64,000 nt of DNA from contig CATNEN010000037.1 in NCBI GenBank assembly GCA_950097015.1, positions 2,356,001 to 2,420,000 of the forward strand, given 5' to 3'. Origin of the DNA: Macrostomum hystrix. Taxonomy: Eukaryota > Animalia > Platyhelminthes. This document shows positions 25,815 to 39,017 of this stretch, in pieces (positions within the stretch are counted from its first letter, which is position 1; each line of letters starts with the position of its first letter). A program made the position numbers and the translations under genes. The notes under the pieces were generated by a model. The model was not told where the DNA came from. It saw only the letters and a program-made list of their open reading frames with translations, and did not search any database.

Positions 25815-26717
25815 ACTGTAAAGAGGAGTGGCTAAGAGACATGTTTCTAAAGAAGTAATCAAGAGGGGACAAACTTTTCACTTATTTTTTACTTAAAATG
25901 CCCTTAAACAAACTCTTCACTTTTCATTAATGCAGTAAATAAATAAATGGTGACCTTCATTATAAAGTTAATACAGAGACGTGAATTGCTTACTGCTTTG
26001 CTTTAAATTTCTGCCCCAAAAACAACGGGCAAAAAAAGCTAGTAGATATATAAATATATATAGAAAGCAAAGTAGCAAGAGCCTAGAAGTGAAATGTGAC
26101 ATGTCAATTTATATTTAAATTATAATGTTACTTTATTCTTTTCTGAGTTGTACAAATTTTGGGATATAAAATGATAGCTGCAAAAATATACAACAGGGAA
26201 AAATGAATAATATTTTCTTTGTATTTATAACTTTTTAATCATCATAACCAGAATGAAAATGTACAACCTGTTACTCGTATTTTCAACAAAACTTTAACAA
26301 ACTGAAACAAATTTTAACCCACTCTAGTGTTATCTGAATTCAGTCTCAGATTCATGATTTTGAGAGTTGGATAACAATTTGTAGCTAGTATAGAAAATAG
26401 TATTTTTTAATTCTGTGACCACTGATAAAGCAAAGGGGTAGGCGACCCCCTTCCATGGAAGAACCCAAAAGATAGTGAGGGAAGACCAAGTGTTTTACCA
26501 GCATGGCCCTTCGACTCTATCTACCACTCATTCAATGTAATTCACTTTTGGGTTGCCCCTTTCCTTGGAAAATCTTAGTCATACCACTGCTGCCAAAATC
26601 CTACCTAAAGTCACTAAAATCTAGACATGAGACATGAGACATAAAATTCCCTAAAGATTGATATGAAAAATTTAAGTTCAGTAGTTATCAACACAATTTT
26701 GAATTTAATATTACTTT

Positions 26718-26967
26718 CATACATGTGCAACCTCCCAAATCTTAGCCGGCCGTGTGACTTTGTTTTTGCTCAATTTACGACTTAGTTTGCTCTCATTTGC
26801 TCTCCTTTTCTCTCCCCTTTTTCCTTTTCTTCACGCCTTACTTTTTTGTCCCTTGGTCCCCCCTTTGATTTTTTGCGCTTGGTCAATTGGTTTTTACAAC
26901 TTAATTTGCTTGGCCCTTGTTTCACCCGGCCGGTTCAGCTGGGTCGGCCAGGTGTTGTGCATGTATG
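26718..26967. mobile_element. hAT-type MITE
   Basis: TIRs catacatgtgcaac / gttgtgcatgtatg; perfect 8-bp TSD attacttt on both sides. Confidence 0.8.
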
Positions 26968-29421
26968 ATTACTTTTTATTTGATATTAATTAAAAAACAC
27001 TATAACCCAACTTTCACTTGTCATTACTCTTAGGCTGAATTACAGTGCTCTTTGTCCATAGAAATAGAAGCCTAGGCTTCTAATAATATATATCATGTAA
27101 TGCTCATTTGTGTCCCATAAGTTTGTAGCTCATGGTTGGGTTTAATTTAAATCATACAGCAGGCCATTGGAAGGGCAACTATTTTGGCAAAGTCAGAATT
27201 ATTACTCTGTTACTTCATCAGTCAGTTAAGGGGGGATGCTTATGTTTTGAAAAAGTGGTGTCTAAATAAGAAATAGGCTTTATATTTAGTAATTCTGCTT
27301 TTATAGCCGAGGAATAAACACAATAACCAATCTGAGGGGTAGAACATTTTCAGCAGTGGACAATCTCTCTGGGCTGATATTCATTACTAATTACAGAAAA
27401 GTTTGGCTTCTGCTTCATGGAGAGCATAGACTTGTTCATTAAAAAGTTACAATTTTAAAATTTGAATGTAAATAGTTAATACCCATAGATTGGGCTGGGC
27501 TTGGCATGACATTGAAAATAAAAGAAAGGTAAGTAGATGAAGTAGGCATTAATATTTATGGCATAGGCCTATCTATAGGCCTACTGTAAAATAAAAAACA
27601 ATGAATATACATTCAACTGATTAAACTTCTGTTGGCGTTTTTTAAAGAAAGTACTGGTGCCTTCAGTTTTTAGTTTAAATACTTTTGGCATACATTGAAC
27701 TAACGTTTTATACGTTTAGTTGTATGCATTATAAATAGTAAACAATGATTTATGTATCGAATGGCATGACTCTTATTTTATTATCACAAATCGGCATGCG
27801 TTACTTTTCCCAGAATAAAAAATAAAAAATGAACTTTGAACTTATGCCTACAAATTATTGTATGTAAGCACAGTTTTATATTTTTCCTTATTAGTAGGCT
27901 TTTCATTCGTTTTTTCATAGATTTTCTTTAAACACTTTGTTTAAAATGGTGAATCTAACAAAAACTTTGCATATCAAAAAAATCAAATTGACTTAAAAAC
28001 TTAATCCCTTGAAAATTGTGGAAAGTTAATATACTGAAATCAGTGAAGAAAATTGCCCTATTGTCCTGACAATTTACGTTTTTTACTAATTTTAGAAAAA
28101 GGAGCCCTATACGATTTATTTCATGCAGATTGTAATCATTTTTCGAGAAATTGAAAATTGAATTTTTACATTCGTCCATTCGGTTCATTCACGTCCGTCC
28201 AAAAGTCGCGTCATTTTGAAATTTACTTTCCATAGACTCTAAGTACCTTCAACCCAGTGCCTTTAAAATTTACCACATGAGCGCTTCTAGTTTGTATAAT
28301 AGTTATAGCATTTTGCCAGATATCTCAGTCAGGGTTTTGCTAACTCTTATTGTACAGCATTTGAAGTCGCATATTAAAATGGTTAGAATATTTCAGAAAC
28401 GAACTGCAGAGAGTTTTCTTTGCTGGCATGGTATTTCTTACTATTTTCCCTAAAGCCGAGTCCTTAAAAGTTACAAATACAAGAAATGTAGAAATGAAGA
28501 TTTTCTTTTCTAGAAATGAAAAGCGTGAAAAGAAATCGTGAGAAACATTTTTTATTAAAATTTTATGGCACTGATCAGAAGAGTTGCTATCTATAGTTTC
28601 CGTTAATAGCTCCAAATGAAGTCGACAAAACAGTACGTTACATGACATTTAAAGCCGTTAAAAAGTTGACTTATAGTAATGTCTTAATTTATTGAGCGAC
28701 AGGAACTATTCTTGTAGGCGGCGCGGTTGCACAGATTTGAGCTTTTTAAGCTTTTTGAGTTGCACAGATTGCAAATATTATGGAAGCAAAGAAAATTAAT
28801 ACAAAATTGAAGAAACTTTTAATATATATAGGTAAAAGTGTTATTGTGAATCCATGCAGAAGGCACAAATTGTAAAAAAAAGCGAAAAAAATTAACTATG
28901 AAAAAATGAAAATTGTTCTTCTTTTCTAAGTATTTCCGTCACATTAACGCAGTTCTTTAAAACAAGCCAGTTTCTATATTAACTATACACACACAACGGT
29001 ATTAAGTTTGAATCTAATTAGAGAAAAAGAAAAAAACACAACCGCATTGGAGCCACCTGTACAATAATACCGACTTATCTCTCGGCGCACAGTTGCTGAA
29101 TTCAAACTTTATAATAAAAAAATTAATTCCTTAAAAGACAATAATTTTTTTTGAGAAAGTCTTTCAATATCTACTTTAAGTAGGTCACGAGCAATGCTTT
29201 TATTTTTTTGCGAGGAATGCAAATTGTGGCAACAACAATCAGCACCCAGCACATCAGCACAGTCGATTTTCTTGCGATTTTGTCTCATCCAACAGCTGAG
29301 ACCGCAGTGTGCCAATGCTTTCATGCCAATGCTTTCGATGTTTTGTCTACTTTTTCGTTAGTTTCGATAGTTCGATAGTTCCGCTGTCGTTAAATACATC
29401 GTCGCTACTGCCGAGTCTGCC

Positions 29422-32400
29422 TTATATTTCAACGCCATAATCTACTTCTAGATGATCCTCATCAGCATCATCTTCTTCTTCTTCATCGTCATCGTCATCA
29501 TAATCGTCTTGGCCGACAGCAGCTGCGGCAGCCTTCGATTTGGTCGCTCCGGCGCCTCGGCCGGACAACGCGGCTGACGATGGCGACAGTTGATCTGCTG
29601 GCGGGTCCTCGCAGGGCGACTCGCCCTCCGCCCAGCGGAGCAGCGCTTCGGCTAGGCGGGCGCCCATCTCTTCCAGCTCTCTGGTGCCCATGTGGCAGCC
29701 CTTGTAGGGACCCTGATCGCAGCAGCTATAGGATGCCTCCAGCGTGTAGGCGCGCAGGATGCCAAGATGGCGCCAGGCGACAACTCTGGCTGTGGACTCT
29801 TTGGTGCGATCCACCTGGGGCGTTTTTTAGTTCAGAGAGAACTGTGCCTGTGGAAATCTTACAACAAAGGCGTGTGTGCTCAGGAGTCAGCGAAACTGGC
29901 AGAATTGCCTCCTCGCTGGCTTATTATAAGGAAATATTTTTTTTTAATAATAAAAATTTTTTGATAACTACGTCTTAATAAAGAGCCGCCTGACAGCAAA
30001 GACACATCATGACCCGCACTTTGAAGTTGCAAGTTCGCCACGCAAACGCCGGGGCCATCTGGGCTAGCAGTCGGGGCAGCTCCCTGTAGCCCTGATCCTC
30101 GATCCAGACCCTGCCACCACCACCGACGCTGACGGCGCCGCTGACGGGTCGACTTTCATCGTCCTGCAGAGCCACATCGGCCGGTTCTGCTGGCAGCCAA
30201 CCAGGATTGTCCCGATCGTCCGGCAGCCAGCTGAGGCTGGGCGAGCAGCCGAACATGAAGACATTGTTGTGACGCGAGTGACCGTGACAGTCGATGTACA
30301 CCACTGGCCGGCGACCGCTAGAGCACAGGTAGCTGAGGAGGCCCTAAGTAAAAAAGTAAAACAACGTTTGCAATTCAGGTCAATTCAGGAGTAACTGAAG
30401 CTTCAGGTCAATTCAGTAATAACTGAAGCTTCAGGTCAATTCAGGAGTAACTGAAGCTTCAGGTCAATTCAGTAATAACTGAAGCTTCAGGTCAATTCAG
30501 GAGTAACTGAAGCTTCAGGTCAATTCAGGAGTAACTGAAGCTTCAGGTCAATTCAGTAATAACTGAAGCTTCAGGTCAATTCAGGAGTAACTGAAGCTTC
30601 AGGTCAATTCAGGAGTAACTGAAGCTTTAGGTAAATTCAGGAGTAACTGAAGCTTCAGGTAAATTCAGGAGTAACTGAAGCTTCAGGTCAATTCAGGAGT
30701 AACTGAAGCTTCAGGTCAATGCAGGAGTAACTGAGCTTCAGGTCGATTCAGGAGTAACTGAGCTTCAGGTCAATGCAGGAGTAACTGAGCTTCAGGTCAA
30801 TTCAGGAGTAACTGAAGCTTCAGGTCAATTCAGGAGTAACTGAAGCTTCAGGTCAATTCAGGAGTAACTGAAGCTTCAGGTCAATTCAGGAGTAACTGAA
30901 GCTTCAGGTCAATTCAGGAGTAACTGAGCTTCAGGTCAATGCAGGAGTAACTGAGCTTCAGGTCAATTCAGGAGTAACTGAAGCTTCAGGTCAATTCAGG
31001 AGTAACTGAAGCTTCAGGTCAATTCAGGAGTAACTGAAGCTTCAGGTCAATCTTGCTGTAAATGAAGCCACACAGAATTAAACTTCTGTGCCTAAAGCCA
31101 ATTTTTATAAATTATGATAAAATCCAACGGCTTCATGGTGCATGCAGCAGGTGGATCGCAAAGCAGTGAGACACCTTGCAGTGAAAAATCTCTGGATGAG
31201 CTTGGCTACTCGGCGCCAACCAGGTCCGGTTCAAATCCTCCACAGCCAGTGAGCAGCGGTGGTTGCCGTTGATGACACCGTCAGGATTCAGCATTGGCAC
31301 GATTTTGAATACGAAACGGCGGCGCAGGAACCTGCGTTCGGAGAAGAAAGTTATCGGGGTGAAAGAGCATCAGGATTGAAGCCATTTAGAACGGAGCAAC
31401 GTTCGAGATTGCACGGAAACCCAGCTTTACATAGCAGCCCCAATGTGGCGCACCTGGCAGACGGGCTCAGCAGGTGGGCAACCAGACCGCGCACAACCCA
31501 GCTGGCGTTGGCCTCGCCAGGGTGCACCCGGCCGGTGATGAATACGCATGGCCGATCGCGCAGCTCAGCCGTATCAGCCGCCGGAGCCGTTACAGTCAAC
31601 AGTGGCAGCCGGTTTCCGCCTAGAGACTGGCAGAGCCATTGCTGATAGAAGGCTACGCTGGCGTCGCGAGACGCGACCAGTCGCCAGTCGTCCAGATCGG
31701 ACATGAGCCGTGAGTAGGTGTAGGGCACATAATAAGCCACGTAGCAGACATCACCGAGGTGGCGAAATGTCAGCGAAAATGAGGCCGTGTAATAGGGCTT
31801 AGTTCCGGCCTGGAATGTTTTTGAACGGAGCAAAGCTTGAGAACTGATTAAAAGTAAACTGAACCTGAACTGAAACTGAAACACCAACTGGACCTATTCA
31901 AACACCAACTGGACCTATTCAAACACCAACTGGACCTATTCAAACACCAACTGGACAACTGGACCTATTCAAACACCAAGTGGACCTATTTAAGCACCAA
32001 CTGGACCTATTCAAACACCAACTAGACCTATTCAAACAACTGGACCTATTCAAACACCAACTGGACCTATTCAAACACCAACTGGACTTATTCAAACAAC
32101 TGGACCTATTCAAACACTAACTGAACCTATTCAAACACCAACTGGACCTATTTATTTTAACATTAAAAAAAGTAAAAGCGAGAGCATAGAGAGCAACTCA
32201 AGATAGACCAAAAGCAAGAAGATAAAATTACCTGCTTGGCTCTCTGGTAGTGATTCCGATAGTAGCACACTCTATTGCCAGCTCGAAACCAATGCGGCCT
32301 GCCCAGTTGCGCTTCCCTATTACTAAAAAGCAAAGGTCGCATGCCGCAATTGAACTGCGAATTCGGCTTCTCGCAGTTGATAATATTGAAGCGATAGGCC

Positions 32401-35400
32401 ACATTGGGCTGAACATTGGCCAGCCGAAAATAGAACCACTGCGTGTGGCCTTTATGTCCGATATCCGGATTCATAACAAGGTCATATTCTCGCTCTCGGA
32501 TTTGAATAGCCCGACGTAGATTTCCAGACTCAAAGCGCGACTCAAAAATCAGGTGGTCAGCGCCGGAGCCCGTGAGCAGCCGTTCATCCTCGGCAGGTGG
32601 CGCCGGCTGTGTCCGAGGCGGCTGCTGATGACGCTGCTCGGCAACCAAGGCATCAAGATCGAAGACCACTCGATTCAACACGTCAGACGGATCGATCCAT
32701 CTGGCCAAAGGAGCAAAAAATCGGGGGGGGGGAAATAAATAATTAAACACAACAAAGATATTTATTCAATTGTAGTGCCCGTGTTCCTTAGCCGGTTTGA
32801 CAGTGTCGGCTGCCCGCCGTTGTTTCAGGCCGGTTTGGTTGGCTCGGCCTGGGCCTCTCTCACCCTCCACCTCCATCTCTGCTCTGCGTGCCCTATGTAG
32901 CCACCTGATTGGCTGGGCGCGAGCATTGTCTGCTAACCCTTAGCCCAGCCCTGCGTGGCTTTGCCCCTCCCGCCAATCCGCTCTGCGTATCTTGCCCGTC
33001 CACCCGGCCAATGCGTACAACTCAACCCATCCCTGCGCTCTGGTGCTTGATTTGGTGGTTTGTGCACCGCCTCCCCTGTCTGCCCCTCTCCCAGAGGTAG
33101 CTGCCCTATTTTTGCTATCATCTGCCCTCTCCGGCGATCGCGTTGAACTTTAAGATTCGAGCCCTAAAGACGGTCTCTAACTGCGAAGACTCAATTTATT
33201 GCATACAAATACACCAAACTCGTCAAAGAACTGTGTCATCCTGCGTTCCGATCGGTAAGCGCTTCATTCGTGTCTGTCCCAGCACGAATGAGTGCCAGCT
33301 CCGTACTGTACGATCTTACCTAGGAGAACTGCGTGAGCGTCCTAACACCACCAGTGCCAGGCTGAAGCAGCACGTCCTGGTTCAGTGATTACTCGTAGTT
33401 TACTTAATGGCACTGTAGGCCGGGGATCCCAAACCAACCACAGTCAAGAGTTCAAACAGTTACACAAATGAATCTATGGACCAAACCTCCTGGCATCCTC
33501 CAGCATGAGGTCGTTGGCGCACTCGCTTCGTCGAGTATCACAGGCCTCCCGACGAGGCGGCGGACAGACGCCAGACAACTCGGGCCCGGCTGCGATGACA
33601 AAATCTACGAGCGAACGAGCGACAGAACTGGGCGCGGCTGCGGTCGGCGAAGGCTGCTCCGGCAGGCCGGCGATGCTGCGACTGCGCAACGCCGATGATG
33701 CGGCCGCCGGTGCGAGTAGGGCCGACGTGGCTGAAACTGAGAGACGACGATCGGCTAGCAAATATTGACTCGTTACCACCGGCTGCCCGACTGCCAGGTT
33801 CGCCAGGCTTGGCAGACTCGGCGACGGTATCAGCTGGGCAGCCGAGCAGGCCAACGCGCACTTGGCTTTCATCGGGTCGTAGCCGAGCAGTTCGGGCTCC
33901 AGATGACCGTAGACGGAGCGGAGTTCATCGGCTGAACGCGGGTCCGGACCGCCGATACCATCGTCTGCGAACTGGCCGGACTGTTGCTTCTGCTGCTGCT
34001 GTTGCTGCTGCTTCTTCGCGTCGCCATTGCCAGAACTATCCTCCTCATCGCTGTCGCAGGCGAATGCAGTTGAATCTTCAGGATCTTCAGTGTCTGCGTC
34101 TGCGTCTGCGTCCACAGTGACAGAAGCGGCTAAGCTGACCAGCAGCTCCAGCATTGCCGGGGTGTAAGGCGACAGCGGGCTGGGCACAGGCAGGCAGACG
34201 CGGGGCGCGCAGTAGCGCAGGACGATGCAGGCTCCGGCGCTTAGCAGCTCGCCACTGGAACCGGATGCCCCACGGAGGCAGAGGTTGTACAGAGTGTCCG
34301 GGCCTCCAGCCGAGTGGAATGCAGCTCTGCCGGCTTTGCTGACGGTGATGTTGCGCAGGATTTGGATGATAGCTCGCAACAGAGGTGCGCGCTGTCGCTG
34401 CTGCTGACTGCCACTGGCTGATGTTCCGAAGCTACCTGGCGCGTTGGTAACGATCGACCTCAGGAGCTCCATCAGCGCCGCAGAAGCGCCGCTGGCGATG
34501 GCCCGACTGGCGTTGGCGCGTGCACGAGTGATCTGAGCGAGCGCCTCCGCTGCTTGTCGCATCGGGCCCGGCTGTGGCTGGCGCCAGGCAGCGGCCGTGC
34601 CAGCAGCACCGCCGCCGCGACCGCCCTCGGACAGCAGGCGCAGCAGCAGCTGGACAGCGCCATGCCGGCCGAGGCTTGTCGAGCTCTGTCGGCTAACCGC
34701 GTAGGCGCGCAGCAGTCGAAGCAGAGGCCCGGCGCCCCGGCCGGACAATCCGTGTCGCAAGAGGTTCAGCACAACCGGGGCGCACTGGCACAGACGCGCC
34801 TTGGTGGCCAGGCGTTTGTCCTTTGGCCCCAGTCTGGCGAGAACCTGCGCGTTTGATTCGGTTGCAAGCTATTTGTTAACAATAACTGAATTGAAACGGA
34901 AAGAATAAAATTGAGGCCATATTTGCAGCCAGTGACAGCCGCAGCTGTTCAGCTAATGCTAGTGCTCACCAATTTCAAAACTGCGTGAACTGAATTAGGA
35001 ATCGAGTATCTCAACCGGAGGACATAGATTCAAACTCCCGAACCTCGACATCCGTCGGATCAACGTATTCTAACTTTACGTAATCAACAAATATAAAGTG
35101 CTGAAAGAAAATATTGCTTGTCTTTTAGGCTCCGCCAGGCCTATATGTGACTCACCAGATGCAGCTGCAGCAGGGCCGACTCGCTGACCGCTGACGATCG
35201 CCACTCCGATGCGATCGCCTGGCACACGGCCTGCGTGGCGCCCAGCCTAACAAAGATTCGAGCTCGCTGGCCAGTCTTTGTCTGGCCCAGCAGCTCCAGC
35301 ATGCAGTTGGCGGTGGCTAGGTGTACATCCCGGTCAGACACGGCTTGCAGGGTCAGCACGAGACTCTGGGCGTAGTTTGCTTTGCGCAAGAGAACGTCTC

Positions 35401-35733
35401 TATGGATATTTTCTGTGGATTGAATTCGGTCGTCAATTTTTATTTCTTCTAGATTAGAAAAAACTTCAATGCTATAAACGAACCTTGGCTTTGCAAAGCC
35501 TGCTGCAGTTTTGTCACTATGACGCGAACGTGAGCAATCTCTTCAGCTTTGGTCTTGAACTGGGAAGTTGTCTTGTGAAACCTGACCAGAGCATCAAAGC
35601 CTGCATGGATTTTACTTCTAAAATAACAAAAAATAATTAGCATATAATTGCAAATAATTTAATAACTTTTAATAAGAATAAAAATGTATATTGAAGTTTA
35701 AAAATATATTAAATAAAAAACTTACGACTCCAT
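29422..35733 (-). CDS. AGTPBP1: Cytosolic carboxypeptidase 1 (AGTPBP1/Nna1/CCP1-like tubulin deglutamylase, M14D), about 1163 aa, 9 exons
   Basis: Exons 35733-35726, 35617-35484, 35448-35156, 34844-33487, 32700-32232, 31809-31454, 31331-31175, 30343-30020, 29814-29422 (3492 nt, phases consistent). Motifs: N-terminal [53 protein letters not shown], zinc ligands GRVHPGE and [35 protein letters not shown]. The in-frame TAG just upstream supports the ATG at 35733. Confidence 0.92.
29821..29925 (+). mobile_element. 3' fragment of SINE family A in CCP1 last intron
   Basis: gtgtgtgctcaggagtcagcgaaactggcagaattgcctcctcgc is the reverse complement of the SINE end seen at 63612-63660. Confidence 0.6.
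30371..31051. repeat. Intronic minisatellite, 28 bp unit, about 24 copies (CCP1 intron 30344-31174)
   Basis: Unit tcaggtcaattcaggagtaactgaagct. Confidence 0.94.
31879..32152. repeat. Intronic minisatellite, 21 bp unit, about 13 copies (CCP1 intron 31810-32231)
   Basis: Unit aaacaccaactggacctattc; some units have deletions. Confidence 0.92.
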
Positions 35734-37199
35734 GCTCTACAGCCAGTTTTTTATCAACTTGAGCCAGTCAGTTTAATCTCTGAAATTGTTTTGGTAGGCC
35801 AGATAAACTGACAGCACACATTTAAGTAGTAAATAAGAACCAAATATACCTGAGATAAACTAGCAGAATTCAAACAGTGCTATATGATTTGTGGATTTTA
35901 GAAAAACTTATAGACTGTAATTGTTATTATTCATATTGCATTCATGAAAATTAATTAAACAAAAAATTCTACAGTTTTCTCCAGAAAAAAATGCTGCTGA
36001 ATTATTGAAGTAACTGTTTCACTGTAAAAATGGAATCAGTAACAAGGTAAAATAAAAAAATGAATGAATTTTAACAAGATTGCAATTTTCAAGCCTATCA
36101 TACCATCCCACCAATGACTAATGCTCTGGACTGAGGTTTACACAGTAAATTTCAATGCATTGAAATATGATTTAAAGTTTCCTAGATACTCGGGTTAAAG
36201 AAAACTTTTGTCCTATAGTATAGTAACTTATAATCGCATCATATTTAGAAACATTTTTTATCTGAATTACAGTAGATGTGTAGTAGTAGCATATTGATTG
36301 CTGTCATATTTGTATTTGTGCAAATATATATAAAATATTAGAAACATCAAACATGCAAATATATCTACAAAGTTTTATAAAAGAAAGAATACTGTTGCTT
36401 AAATACTAACATCTGAGCTGCTTAAAGGAACAAAATTTAACTGCTAAAACAGCTATGAAAGGACAAAGGAGAGGATACGGAGAGACTAAACATATTATTA
36501 ACTATTCATTCTTCAGTTCTACACAAACGGGCAAAAGGCGACTCGAAATGAGATACTATGTTCATTAACTCGGTGATTTACATAGATAAATTGCCTAAAA
36601 TGCGCAATTTCTGTGCCAAAAAGGCACAGGCACTTAATAGAAAACCATCACTGTACTCCGACATATTAAAATAGCGTGAAGCGAGAGCATGTTGAATTTG
36701 TCGCCAAACAACTTTTGCGCGACACTTTTATAAAACGTATAACAAAAGGGCCGTGATACTTACGTGCTTAATATCAACGACCACTAGGATTTTCATTACT
36801 TCTTATAAAACTTGCTTAATTATTAAAAAAAGGTCAACAACAATGCATGCTCGAAAAAAGAAAAAAGATTAGACCCAACGAACATTAAACCCAACGATTT
36901 TCCGTATATTTGTTTGCCATTTCACTACATTTACTTAATATACTTAGTTACCGTCGTTAATACTCATATTATTAATGATGACAGACGAAAAGTTTAGTAA
37001 TACGTATTCTGTTTTTATCTTTAATTATATTATTCTTTAAACACTATACATTTTTATTGCTTCAGCATGCAGGTGGCATTTATTAATCATACATTATAAT
37101 ATTTAGTTACCAAAAGCATTTATTAAAAATTCCGGCCGAAATAACTTTACTCTAGACCAAGACTGCTTCTGCCCATTCTTTCTTTCTCGCGGAACAACC

Positions 37200-37760
37200 G
37201 CCACAGTGACTTGCACGCCTCGGAATTTGGCAGAGTCGCTGATCGAGGCTCATGATCCTCTGCTAGTAAGCGTAACTCCTGTCTTCCGCTGGTTCCCCGC
37301 AGAGTCTGCAGTTAGGCTGCTAGGCCTATCAAGCAGCTCCGGGTGGTGTCCCATCCTGAAACTTAGGTAGTCGCACCGCTCCTACCGGCTCCAGTTCTTT
37401 TACTTCGCCCAGCTTATCGCCTTGTCGCCTTGTATGTCCATCTCGAGCGGCCGAGCTGCGATTCCATCTTGGACTCCGTGGCAGTCGAAATGGCTATCTT
37501 GGCTGCTTGCCAAGTCCATGTCTGGCGTCGTGCTTCCACCTGTCTTACTTCCTCTGCCTCAATACCTTCGACGTGACCTGCGGCCCACTTCAGCTCCAAT
37601 CGTCGACCTCTCCAGCTGTCCACGGTATTCCAGCTCACGGAAATTGCAGTCAAAACGTTTTGTGCCGGGCTCAGTTTGCCAGTGAGTCCAAGCATTGTAC
37701 ATTTGTACTGCCATCAGTATGGCTTCCCCCTCAGCTTGGGTGGACGAGCATGCTGATCTG
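37200..37760 (-). mobile_element. Degraded non-LTR retrotransposon 3' fragment (RNase H-like and C-terminal zinc-finger-like)
   Basis: Minus frames give GRRLELKWAAGHVEGIEAEE (resembles RNase H WxPGHxGIEGNE) and, across frameshifts, RMGHHPELL...CRLCGEPAED (resembles the ORF2 C-terminal Cys/His region). Confidence 0.45.
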
Positions 37761-37989
37761 CAGCTTCACAGCTCCTGTAACCTTAACTAAACTCCGATAG
37801 ACTAACCATGCCGGCTCTCTCTTCCCCTCCTTATTCACGGATCCATCCGTAAAGATCAGCCACTCAGCCTCAGTGCTGCGTAGCTATTCTACTACTTCTT
37901 TTCTGCTCTCTTCTGCCTCCTCCTTCCTGGCGCCCAGCGGCTCAAACTTAAAAGTAGTTTCGGTCGGCTCCCATGGTGGTCTCTTCAGC

Positions 37990-38290
37990 GTCGAGTCGTC
38001 AGGTCTTGGCATCCCAATGCGTCTCCACCATGACCTTACATAGCCTCTTCCAGCATGTAGTCCTGCCATCCAGCGAAGGAAGAGAGCCGATACTGGAGAA
38101 GCTGAGAAGCCTTGCAGTTGAGCATAGCACGTGCAGGCTGGGCGACCTGAAAGCACACAACCCAGCATGCGGGACGGAAATGCGGAGGAAGATGAGTGAG
38201 GAGAGGCAATGTGATGAATGGATATCGTACAACGAGGCGATCCTGCTGAACGACGGCAGCCCAACGCGTCGCGCGACCAACATGGAGCTG
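37990..38290 (+). mobile_element. Degraded LINE apurinic-endonuclease fragment
   Basis: LGDLKAHNPACG (GDFNAHxxxWG-like) followed by DEWISYNEAILLNDGSPTR. Confidence 0.5.
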
Positions 38291-38937
38291 ATGGCGCAGG
38301 ACCAGCTCTCGCGAGCGGCGAGATGGAAATCGCCCAGAAAGACAGTTCGCGGCCAGATCTCTCTTTGTCTACGATTATTACTACCATAGACTATGATGCT
38401 AGTGGCATCAGCTTGGCTGCGTTTTGAATTGCTAAGTGCAAAGTTCCAATTGGTTGAGCTTTGAAACAAAGTTGTAAATAAAGATGCAGGGATATGCAGC
38501 TTATGGTATCGCGTTCAAAGCTGTCCTTCGGCCAGAAACTTTGAATATCTCGTCGGTCTGAAGGGCTTGCGATTTGATTATACTCGTAGTTTCCCTTTTT
38601 CAAAAAGTGGCTCGTGTTCTGCTGTTTCGATTGATTGTGTTGATCCGTTCGGGCGCAGCACAAAAAATATAATCAAATATGTATCAGCTTTGATTGTGAA
38701 AAATAATTTCATTGTGTGAAATGCAATTCAAGACATTTGCATAAAATATATCAGGACTGATTAATTCAGCGATATTTTCAGGCGTCACGAATTAGCGAAT
38801 TATAAATAGGACGCACAGGTTCGTGAATTCATAGGTGAGCACACGGATATATAACACTGTTAATTAAGTCATTCGTCATGCACTAGCGAGCGAGCGCGTT
38901 TGCAAGCAGCATGCACATTCAAAGGAGTACAGCTGTG

Positions 38938-38944
38938 TATAAAT
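38938..38944 (+). promoter_or_regulatory. Putative TATA box of Cys-rich peptide gene 1
   Basis: TATAAAT 80 nt upstream of ATG 39018; the paralog has one at a similar distance. Confidence 0.5.
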
Positions 38945-39017
38945 AGCCAACGACAGACTAGCGGAAAGCAATATTTGTCGCTTTCATTTTTCGTCTATCA
39001 ATCAAGCACTGTCTGCC

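Larger units (their letters stand above)
24151..26042 (+). mobile_element. Internally deleted Helitron
   Basis: 5' TC start (A|TCTATATATA; alternative start at 24163) followed by a (CTGT)n microsatellite. 3' end has a short hairpin tgccc-N10-gggca then CTAG|T at 26039-26043 (AT target, no TSD). Carries a PIF1-family helicase fragment. Confidence 0.8.

Noticed and set aside
33468-34856. Plus-strand ORFs overlapping the large CCP1 exon
   Set aside because: Antisense shadow ORFs of a GC-rich coding exon; no motifs of their own.
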